Positions 17,708-26,555 of a stretch of DNA of 32,000 nucleotides are shown in pieces. Origin of the DNA: Methanobacteriota archaeon. Its GTDB lineage: Archaea > Methanobacteriota > Methanobacteria > Methanobacteriales > Methanobacteriaceae. Below the pieces are notes generated by a model. The model did no database searches. It saw only the letters and a list, made by a program, of their open reading frames with translations, and was not told where the DNA came from. The stretch is taken from NCBI GenBank assembly GCA_023440975.1, contig JAEZRD010000078.1, forward strand, positions 16,043 through 48,042, given 5' to 3'. The number at the start of each line of letters is the position of its first letter. Within the stretch, counting starts at the first letter, position 1. The translations under genes were made by a program, and so were the position numbers.

Positions 17708-20584
17708 TTATTCCATATAAATAGCAGGTTTATATGGTATTGCATTTTTTGCTTTATTTTTCGGGTCATAACTGTTATCATTATGGATTATTATTTCAGA
17801 ATTACATTCCTCTGTAATATAATCTAATGCATCATTAATGATTTGTAACTCATCTAATTTTCCAATATATTTTGTTTTAGTAACTTCACGACCTAATTTT
17901 TTAGCAGTATTAGCAATCTCCTTTTTATCATCATAAATATTAGCTGCAATAGCTTTACCCATGATTTGACCAATATCTGGTTTTCCTACTTCATCTGCTA
18001 TTTTGTATAATTCCCATTTCCATTCTGGTGCAAGATATAGGTGAACTTTTTCTTTATTTTCGCCAACCATATTCTTAATTTCATTAATATCTTTAACAAG
18101 ATTTTGGATGATTTCTTCGGATCTTTCAATTTCAGGATTTATTAATGATTCATCATATTTTGGCCAGTTAGCTTGGGAAATAAATCCGTTTCCTCCATTA
18201 TTACTCCAAATTTCTTCACAGGTATGAGGTGTGAAAGGTGCGAGTAATCTTAACCAAGATTCTAAAACTGTTGATAGTACAAATATCATTGCTGGGTCTT
18301 TTGAATCTGTTAAATGTTTTGTTCTGTACATGTAATGGTCAATATCTTTTTTAAGAAGGAAAAATGATTCTTGTAAAGCTTTTCTTGTTTGGAATATTTC
18401 TAATGCTTCAGTTGCATTTTTGATTCTTAGATTTAATTGATTTAACATCCATAAATCAATAGTTCTTGTTAATTCAACTTTTTCTATTTTGTTTAAGTTT
18501 ACTGGTGAACCTTTGATTTCTTCAATTTTACTTGCAAATTCTTTAAACCAATTTAATCTTCTTTTAGTTCCAAGTACTTCTTTTTCTCTCCAATCAAAAT
18601 CTTGCCATGGTTCTGCTGATGCCATTAAGAAAAGTCTTACAACATCTGCAGAGTAATCTTTTATTGCATCTTTTAATAAGATAATATTTCCTTTGGATGA
18701 GGACATTTTGTTTCCTTCAAGTAATCCCATTCCAAATACTACGGTTCCTTGTGGCCATTTATCTTTAGGGAAAATAGCTCCGTGATGGAACATTAAGAAA
18801 CTTAAATGGTTTCCTACTAAATCTTTTGCAGATAATCTCCAGTCTAATGGGTACCAATAATTAAATTCATTTTGAATTTCTTGGACTTTGTCTTTTTCTA
18901 CTTTAATTTCTTCCCCATTTTGTGGATCTTTATTTAAAAATATTTTGTCAAAGAATGCAGGAGTTAATACTTCAGGGTCCATATCTTTAAGATATTTTGC
19001 TATTGTATAATATGACATGTATATTGTAGAATCAGATAATGGTTCAATTAACCATTGTTGGTCCCATGGTAAGTGTGTACCTAAACCTAATCTTCTTGAG
19101 CATGCCCAATCTTCTAACCATCCTAAATAATATTCAAAGTTAGATTTTACTTCATTAGGAATTATGGTTTCACCTTTAAGAACTTCTCTTGCGGTATTTG
19201 TCCAATCTTCATCAGAATATTTTAAGAACCATTGATTATCCATTACTTTAACTACGCAACGTTCTCCACATCTGCAGATGACTGGTCTTTCTGAGAAATC
19301 ATACATTTTTCCTGCTTCGTTTTTTTCTAACATTTGTTCTTTAATTTTCTCTCTAGCTACTATTACAGCTTCTCCTGCGAAGTCAGGAATTTCTTCTCGC
19401 ATTCGACCTTTGCTATGTTCGGCTTTATATAATTCATTTGTAGCTTCATGAAGGTTAGGATCTTCTTGACTAGTAATATTTAATCTGTCTATTACATCTT
19501 TAGCAGGAATATCTCCGTATTTTTTGATGGTTATTACTGGTATTGCTTCTATTTTTGCTACAATTTCTTCTAATCCATAATTTTTTTGTAATGCTTTGTT
19601 TTCTTTTAAATCTTTTAAAGCTATATAATCTGCAGGTGCGTGAGCAGGTACAGAAAATACTGTTCCGCTTCCAAATTCTGCATCTACAAAACTTGCAGGT
19701 AATAATGGTAGTTTTGCACCAGTAAACATACTTTCTGCATATTTTCCAATGAATGGTTTCATGTCAATGTTGCCTAAGATTTTTAAGTCATTTATTTGGT
19801 TTGATAAATTGTCGTAAGCTACTCTACTTATAATCCAAGTTTCTTCACCATTTTTTACTTCTATGTATTCTAAATCTGGATTTATCCATAAGTTTGTTGC
19901 TCCATATATAGTTTCGGGTCTAAATGTAGCGGGTACTAAAATTTTATCATCGATTTTGAATTTGAGTAGTGTTAATTCGTTTATACTTACTCCTTCTCCC
20001 TCTAAGAGGTCGTGGTCTCCGACTGGGTTTTTGTCTCTTGGGCAATATTTTACAGGGTGTTTTCCTTTGATGATTAATCCTTTTTCATATAGTTTAGTGA
20101 TTTGCCATGTGACAAATTTTTGGTATGTTGGATCTATAGTTCTAAATTCTCTTCTCCAATCTATGGAATATCCCATGTCATCCATTACTTCATGATATTC
20201 GTTACTGAAGTATTTTACTATAAATTCTGGGTCTTCTAATTGGGGTAATGTTTCTTTTGGTACTCTATGGACTTTTTCATATAATTCCATTGTCCATGGG
20301 TCTTTTCTTTTTATTCTGCTTGCTATTCCAATTACAGGTGCACCAGTTACATGCCATGCCATTGGGAAAAGTACATTGTAACCTTCCATTCTTTTAAATC
20401 TTGCATATACGTCTGGTACTGTATATGTTCTTCCATGTCCTATGTGCATTGCTCCACTTGGATATGGAAAAGCTACTGTTAAATATAATTTTTTTCTTTC
20501 ATCAGGATTGGATTGAAATAGCTTCGCATCTGCCCAATTTTTTTGCCATTTCTTTTCTATATCATTTGTCACTAAATTCACCAT
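17708..20584 (-). CDS. leuS: Leucine--tRNA ligase (archaeal type)
   Basis: 958 aa. HIGH motif ([10 protein letters not shown]), KMSKS-type motif (KMSSSKGN), a CP1 editing region, and an archaeal-length C-terminal domain. Confidence 0.95.
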   Translation of the reverse strand: MVNLVTNDIEKKWQKNWADAKLFQSNPDERKKLYLTVAFPYPSGAMHIGHGRTYTVPDVYARFKRMEGYNVLFPMAWHVTGAPVIGIASRIKRKDPWTMELYEKVHRVPKETLPQLEDPEFIVKYFSNEYHEVMDDMGYSIDWRREFRTIDPTYQKFVTWQITKLYEKGLIIKGKHPVKYCPRDKNPVGDHDLLEGEGVSINELTLLKFKIDDKILVPATFRPETIYGATNLWINPDLEYIEVKNGEETWIISRVAYDNLSNQINDLKILGNIDMKPFIGKYAESMFTGAKLPLLPASFVDAEFGSGTVFSVPAHAPADYIALKDLKENKALQKNYGLEEIVAKIEAIPVITIKKYGDIPAKDVIDRLNITSQEDPNLHEATNELYKAEHSKGRMREEIPDFAGEAVIVAREKIKEQMLEKNEAGKMYDFSERPVICRCGERCVVKVMDNQWFLKYSDEDWTNTAREVLKGETIIPNEVKSNFEYYLGWLEDWACSRRLGLGTHLPWDQQWLIEPLSDSTIYMSYYTIAKYLKDMDPEVLTPAFFDKIFLNKDPQNGEEIKVEKDKVQEIQNEFNYWYPLDWRLSAKDLVGNHLSFLMFHHGAIFPKDKWPQGTVVFGMGLLEGNKMSSSKGNIILLKDAIKDYSADVVRLFLMASAEPWQDFDWREKEVLGTKRRLNWFKEFASKIEEIKGSPVNLNKIEKVELTRTIDLWMLNQLNLRIKNATEALEIFQTRKALQESFFLLKKDIDHYMYRTKHLTDSKDPAMIFVLSTVLESWLRLLAPFTPHTCEEIWSNNGGNGFISQANWPKYDESLINPEIERSEEIIQNLVKDINEIKNMVGENKEKVHLYLAPEWKWELYKIADEVGKPDIGQIMGKAIAANIYDDKKEIANTAKKLGREVTKTKYIGKLDELQIINDALDYITEECNSEIIIHNDNSYDPKNKAKNAIPYKPAIYME

Positions 20585-20626
20585 CTATTTTTTTTATTGA
20601 ATGTTATTTTTTTGTAATTAATTATT

Positions 20627-21454
20627 TTAAAATGATTTTCCACAATCTTTTGGACTTAATGGAACTTTGACTTTGTGTCGACTATTTGTAATCTTTGATC
20701 TAATTCTATCAATTTCTTCAAGGCTTAAATCAATATTTTCTATTATATCTTCATTATTCATATTTTTATCAATAATCATGTATAAGAGAGAATCTAATTT
20801 TTCATAACTTAAACCAATTTCATCTTCATCACTTTGATTAGGCCATAAACCAGCTCTTGGAGGTTTAGATATTATATCTTCAGGTATTCCCCAATCTTTA
20901 GCTAATAATCTTAGTTGAGTTTTGTATATGTCTCCAATTGGTTCTATATCACAACCCCCATCACCATATTTAGTGAAATATCCAATGAGTAATTCGCTTC
21001 TGTTACCTGTGCCTATTACAATATAATTTTTTAAATTTGCATAATAATATAATAATGACATTCTTATTCTTGCTTTAAGATTACCATTAGCAATCTTAAT
21101 TGTATCTTGATCAGTATTCTCTAATGTTGTCATGTTTTTAATATCTGTTACTAAAGAAAATTCTTCTGATATTGTATCAATTGAAACTTCAATATATTTA
21201 ATATCTAATAAATTAGCCATTAATCTTGCATGTTTTCTATCTTCTTCGGGTGTTGTAGAACTGTACATATGAATTCCAAGTACATTCTCTTTACCTAAAG
21301 ATTCAACAGCTAAAAGTCCACTAACACTTGAGTCTATTCCGCCGCTTAAACCTACTACAATACCTTTTGCATTAGCATCAGATACAGTTTTTTGAATGAA
21401 ATTTACTATTTCATTTTTAGCTTCTTTACTATTTATTTTTGGTAATTTTAACAT
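20627..21454 (-). CDS. nadE: NH3-dependent NAD+ synthetase
   Basis: 275 aa. PP-loop SGGIDSS, plus TGNRSELLIGYFTKYGDGG, typical of NadE. It lies 42 nt upstream of leuS on the same strand. Confidence 0.9.
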   Translation of the reverse strand: MLKLPKINSKEAKNEIVNFIQKTVSDANAKGIVVGLSGGIDSSVSGLLAVESLGKENVLGIHMYSSTTPEEDRKHARLMANLLDIKYIEVSIDTISEEFSLVTDIKNMTTLENTDQDTIKIANGNLKARIRMSLLYYYANLKNYIVIGTGNRSELLIGYFTKYGDGGCDIEPIGDIYKTQLRLLAKDWGIPEDIISKPPRAGLWPNQSDEDEIGLSYEKLDSLLYMIIDKNMNNEDIIENIDLSLEEIDRIRSKITNSRHKVKVPLSPKDCGKSF

Positions 21455-21609
21455 GACATCACGAATTTTATATTATCAATAAAAAAATTATAATAATAAT
21501 ATTTTGTATTTAATTTATTTAATAATTATTCTTAATAATAAACAAAACTTTTAATAACTATAATTAACTAAAAGAAATTTACATAAAAAAATTAATTTTA
21601 ACAATATAA

Positions 21610-22659
<1,050 letters not shown>

Positions 22660-22676
22660 AAAAAGAAATTAAATTT

Positions 22677-23117
22677 TTAACTCTTTTTTGCTACACAATA
22701 TAAGCAGAGAGAGTTATCCTCTTTAATATATCTTTTTTTACTATTACAATAATATACACCATTTTCTTCAAAAACTCCCTTTATATCACTTTCAAAAGGA
22801 GTTCCTACGGGATGTAAAGGTTTTTTAGCAATAAAAAATAAGTACAATGAAATATACTTTATAAATTCTATAAAATCTTTTTGATTAACATCCCATTTTT
22901 TTAAATTATAATCTATTCTTTTTTTAAAATCATCAATTTTATCATCATTAATTTTTTCATCAATCTCTAAAATTTCCTTTTCTATAATTTCATTATAAAT
23001 ATTAAAATCATAATCTGAAATTAAGTTATCTTTATAATTATCTGACTTTTTAGGTTCGTGAGGGGGATACTTTAATAAATTTTCTTTAATTTCTTGAAAT
23101 AATTCACTAGATTTCAT
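22677..23117 (-). CDS. Hypothetical protein with a Cys-containing C-terminus (possibly archaeal DUF2115/UPF0305-like, unverified)
   Basis: 146 aa. The N-terminal half is acidic and helical. The C-terminus is PLHPVGTPF...GVYYCNSKK...SLCLYCVAK. It lies 19 nt downstream of cbiE on the same strand. Confidence 0.45.
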   Translation of the reverse strand: MKSSELFQEIKENLLKYPPHEPKKSDNYKDNLISDYDFNIYNEIIEKEILEIDEKINDDKIDDFKKRIDYNLKKWDVNQKDFIEFIKYISLYLFFIAKKPLHPVGTPFESDIKGVFEENGVYYCNSKKRYIKEDNSLCLYCVAKKS

Positions 23118-23136
23118 AAGATAAACACCATTTTTT

Positions 23137-23769
23137 TTAGATTATCATTACACACATATATGTAAATTCACTTTTAGCAATTTCTTTTAAAGTAGATTTC
23201 ACAATTCTTTCTTCAGGATAACTAAGTCTTTCACAAACTATAACTTCTCTTTCTGGATTCACCTCATTATCTAAAAGGAATTGGGCCATATCTTTAACTT
23301 TACGTGAAGGTAAAGCTATTGTTTTTTTACCATTATTAATGAATTTAAGAATATCTTTAATGTTTTCTCTACCATGAAATGTTATAATATTTGTTTCATC
23401 CCAATTAATTAGATTTTTTGCAGCAGCTAATTGAAGTGAGCTTATTCCAGGAATAACTTCTATATTCTCAAAATTGAAGTTTTTTTCGTCACTAATCCTT
23501 TTAATTGGTTTTAAAACTCCAGAAAATCCGGGATCACCTGTTGATAATATTGCTACATTTTTTCCCTCTTTAGCTAAATCAACAGATTTTTCTAATGTGT
23601 TTGTTAAATTTTTTACATTGAATATAATTGTTTCGTTTACATTGTCGAATAAATTAACTGCTCTTTGACTGCCTATTGTAATATCCACTTTTTGGACGGT
23701 ATTTATTGCTTTTTGGGTAAGATAATCTTTAGATCCTGGACCTACACCAATAATATATATTTTTCCCAT
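23137..23769 (-). CDS. cbiE: Cobalt-precorrin-7 (C5)-methyltransferase CbiE
   Basis: 210 aa. Tetrapyrrole methylase N-terminus IYIIGVGPGSKDYLT, then LSTGDPGFSG and GISSLQLAAA. Confidence 0.85.
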   Translation of the reverse strand: MGKIYIIGVGPGSKDYLTQKAINTVQKVDITIGSQRAVNLFDNVNETIIFNVKNLTNTLEKSVDLAKEGKNVAILSTGDPGFSGVLKPIKRISDEKNFNFENIEVIPGISSLQLAAAKNLINWDETNIITFHGRENIKDILKFINNGKKTIALPSRKVKDMAQFLLDNEVNPEREVIVCERLSYPEERIVKSTLKEIAKSEFTYMCVMII

Positions 23770-24168
23770 TTATTCTTCCTCAATTTTACAAACTTTTTTG
23801 AAATTATCTTTCATTTCTCTTGTAACTTTTTTATCTACATATTCTTCAAAATCACATTTATCTAATGTAAACATTGCTAATTCATATATGATTTTGTTCA
23901 TACCTTGTCCACGTTCTGTTAAGTAATATTCTGTTGTAACTGGACTTGTATTTAATACCTTTTTTTGTATTAAACCATTTTCTTCCATCTCTTTTAAACA
24001 ATTTGATAATACTTTATTGCTTAAACCAGGTTTATCTTCTAAAAATTCTTTAAAATGTTTTTTTCCAAAAAACATATCTCTAATAATTTGGATAGTCCAT
24101 TTTTTATTAAATAATTCTACAGCTTTATTTACTGGGCAGTCTACACCTTCATTTAAATCTGCATTCAT
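23770..24168 (-). CDS. HxlR-family winged-helix transcriptional regulator
   Basis: 132 aa. CPVNKAVELFNKKWTIQIIRDMFFGKKHFKEFLE and LTERGQ are classic HxlR/DUF24 features. Its stop codon abuts the cbiE ATG (TAAATG). Confidence 0.85.
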   Translation of the reverse strand: MNADLNEGVDCPVNKAVELFNKKWTIQIIRDMFFGKKHFKEFLEDKPGLSNKVLSNCLKEMEENGLIQKKVLNTSPVTTEYYLTERGQGMNKIIYELAMFTLDKCDFEEYVDKKVTREMKDNFKKVCKIEEE

Positions 24169-24371
24169 AAAATTTTTTCTCCAATATTTTTAATAAAATT
24201 ATTAATAATATTTTATTTATTTATATAAATAAATTTTTTTTAAATTCCTTTTTTAAGTTACTAAATGGTTACTCAGTTACTTTAAACTCACAAAATCTAT
24301 TTATAAGTATTTATTCATACTATGACATGAAGTTTATCCGTAAAACTTCAAAAAAACTTAAAATAAAGATT

Positions 24372-24391
24372 TAGTTACTTTTTAGTAACTA
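24372..24391. promoter_or_regulatory. Candidate HxlR operator: perfect palindrome TAGTTACT-TTTT-AGTAACTA
   Basis: 8-bp arms with a 4-bp spacer, 37 bp upstream of the ATG at 24428. The half-site GTTACT recurs three times at 24257-24281, on the hxlR side of the same intergenic region. Confidence 0.45.
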
Positions 24392-24427
24392 TCCATATTA
24401 AAAAAACTTAAAAGGAGACAATTAATT

Positions 24428-24833
24428 ATGAATGATGTAGTAAAATTTTTAAATGAAAACCCAATTCAATATTTATCAACAGTAGGATTAGATGGAAATG
24501 CTAAAGTAAGACCTGTAATGTATTATATCGAAGAAGAAGGTAAATTATATTTTTGTACTAGTAATGAAAAACCAATGTTTAAAGAATTAGAATCTAACCC
24601 TAAATTTTGAACTTGTAGTAGCAAGTCCAGAATTTGTATGGTGCAGAATAAGTGGTAAAGCGGAATTTGTAGATAATCTTGATATAAAACAAAAAGTTAT
24701 AGATTCCAATGAAATTGTTAAAGGTCTTTATCAGACAAATGATAACCCTACTTTTGAAGTATTCTATATAAACGATGGAAAAGCTACAATTAGAGACTTT
24801 TCTGGTGAACCCCCAAAAAAATATGATTTATAA
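24428..24833 (+). pseudogene. Pyridoxamine-5'-phosphate-oxidase-like FMN-binding protein, disrupted by a 1-nt frameshift
   Basis: Frame 1 reads MNDVVKFLNENPIQYLSTVGLDGNAKVRPVMYYIEEEGKLYFCTSNEKPMFKELESNPKF and hits TGA at 24608. The +1 frame continues ELVVASPEFVWCRISGKAEFVDNLDIKQKVID...FYINDGKATIRDF to TAA at 24831-24833. Joined, they give a ~134-aa PNPOx-fold protein. The shift falls in a T4 run (24605-24608). Confidence 0.75.
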
Positions 24834-24943
24834 ATTTTTAAATATAAATTTAAAATTTATTTTTTTATTATTTTATTATCAAATAGAATAAATAAATCTA
24901 GATTATATGTTATAATAAAATAAATTACTAAAAATGAAGAAAA

Positions 24944-25723
24944 ATGAATTCTGATAACGATTTAGATTTCCTTTTAAAGATACTCATTTCTGAACATAAT
25001 GAGGAAATTGAAATACCAAAAAAATATGAAGAAAAGAAGAAATTATTTAGAGCTTTACGTAATATAAGACCTCCAAAACCTATAAATAAAAAGTTTTTAA
25101 AAGTGCAAGATTCTTTTTTAACAAAAGATACTGAAAGTAAGAATCTGATTGGAGCATCTGAAATAAAATCAATAAAATCAAATGATAAAATAGCATTATG
25201 GCAAGGAGATATAACTTTATTAAAATCAGATGCAATAGTTAATGCATGTAATAATAGGTTATTAGGATGTTTTATTCCATTACATAATTGTATAGATAAT
25301 ATTATTCATTCTGCTGCAGGAATTCAATTAAGAAATGATTGTAATGATATAATGAAAAATCAAGGTCATTATGAAGAAAATGGTAAAGCTAAAATTACAC
25401 TTGCTTATAATTTGCCTTCAAAATATGTTATTCATACTGTAGGTCCTCAAATAATTAATAAATTATGTGAAAAAGATTGTAAAGAATTATCAAGCTGTTA
25501 TTCATCTTCATTAATGCTTGCAGAAGAATATAACATAAAGTTTATAGCTTTTCCATGTATTTCAACTGGTGTTTATAATTTTCCTGAAGAAATAGCAGCT
25601 CAAATAGCTATTGAAGCTGTTGAAAATTATTTTAAAGAGAATAATGATAGTAAAATAGAGAAGGTGATTTTTGATGTATTCACTGAAAGAAGCTGTTACA
25701 TCTACAAGAAAATCTTACAATGA
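24944..25723 (+). CDS. Macrodomain protein-ADP-ribosylhydrolase of the sirtuin-linked (SirTM-associated) type
   Basis: 259 aa. Macro motifs WQGDITLLKSDAIVNACNN, CIDNIIHSAAG, IHTVGP and FPCISTGVYNFP. A ~85-aa helical N-terminal extension (LFRALRNIRPPKP...FLKVQDSFL) resembles the Staphylococcus/Streptococcus SirTM-linked macrodomains as I remember them. Confidence 0.85.
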   Translation: MNSDNDLDFLLKILISEHNEEIEIPKKYEEKKKLFRALRNIRPPKPINKKFLKVQDSFLTKDTESKNLIGASEIKSIKSNDKIALWQGDITLLKSDAIVNACNNRLLGCFIPLHNCIDNIIHSAAGIQLRNDCNDIMKNQGHYEENGKAKITLAYNLPSKYVIHTVGPQIINKLCEKDCKELSSCYSSSLMLAEEYNIKFIAFPCISTGVYNFPEEIAAQIAIEAVENYFKENNDSKIEKVIFDVFTERSCYIYKKILQ

Positions 25724-26555
25724 TAAAATTTTAGAAGTTTCTAATCTTTTAGCGAATGCTGAAAGTATTGTATGTGGTATTGGTGCAGGCTTAACTAGTG
25801 CTGGAGGAATAGATTATAATAATCCAAAACATTTAAAAAAATATTATCCTCAATATTTTAAATTAGGATTTAAAACTATTTTTGATGTAATGAGTATGTT
25901 TTGGAAGGTAAATGATGAAAATGTGTTAAAATACTGGGCTTTTTGGGCTCATCATATAAATCATGTAAGATATGAAACCACTGTAATGAAACCATATGAA
26001 AATTTATATAATTTATTAAAAGATAAAGATTACTTTATTTGTAGTACTAATGTTGATGGTCAATTAGAAAAAGCAGGATTTTCAAATGATAAAATATTTT
26101 CACCTCAAGGAAGTTATGCACATTTTCAATGTGTAGAACCATGTATTGATAAAATTTTTTATAATCATGATTTAATTCAAAATATGTTAAAAAATAAAGT
26201 TGATGATTATACAATTAGAAAAGAAGATATTCCAATTTGCCCTAAATGTAATGATTATTTAGTTCCTAATCTTAGATGTGATAATTCATTTGTAGAAAAA
26301 CCTTATATGTTCAATTATAATAAATACATTGATTATTTGGAGGATGTGATTAATAAAAAAACGGTTTTTTTAGAATTAGGTGTTGGGTTTAATACTCCTG
26401 TTATCATACGTTATCCATTTGAACAGATGGTTAGTAAAAATTCTAATTGTACACTTGTTAGGATTAATTTAAATGATATTACTAGTTTTAAAGATGAGGG
26501 CAAAATAATTATTTTAAAAGAAGATTTAAATAAAGTTTTATTTGATTTAGTTTAA
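25674..26555 (+). CDS. SIR2-family protein, class-M-like sirtuin (SirTM-like; predicted NAD+-dependent protein ADP-ribosyltransferase)
   Basis: About 293 aa. NAD-binding motifs GIGAGLTSAGGI and STNVDGQ. Zn cluster CVEPC...CPKC. Gln occupies the slot of the canonical catalytic His (SPQGSYAHFQC, versus HG[ST] in deacylase sirtuins). The start (TTG 25671 or ATG 25674) overlaps the macrodomain ORF by about 50 nt. Confidence 0.8.
   Translation: MYSLKEAVTSTRKSYNDKILEVSNLLANAESIVCGIGAGLTSAGGIDYNNPKHLKKYYPQYFKLGFKTIFDVMSMFWKVNDENVLKYWAFWAHHINHVRYETTVMKPYENLYNLLKDKDYFICSTNVDGQLEKAGFSNDKIFSPQGSYAHFQCVEPCIDKIFYNHDLIQNMLKNKVDDYTIRKEDIPICPKCNDYLVPNLRCDNSFVEKPYMFNYNKYIDYLEDVINKKTVFLELGVGFNTPVIIRYPFEQMVSKNSNCTLVRINLNDITSFKDEGKIIILKEDLNKVLFDLV

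Noticed and set aside
20627-21454. nadE (NAD synthetase) as part of the macro/SirTM NAD-related cluster
   Set aside because: It lies about 3.5 kb away, separated by unrelated housekeeping genes (get3/arsA-type ATPase, cbiE operon), and is apparently co-transcribed with leuS. The proximity is most simply coincidence.
24612-24833. Possible independent small gene downstream of the 60-aa ORF at 24428-24610
   Set aside because: It has no start codon or RBS of its own at the right place. Its sequence continues the PNPOx fold seamlessly after a 1-nt shift, so I treated both parts as one frameshifted gene.
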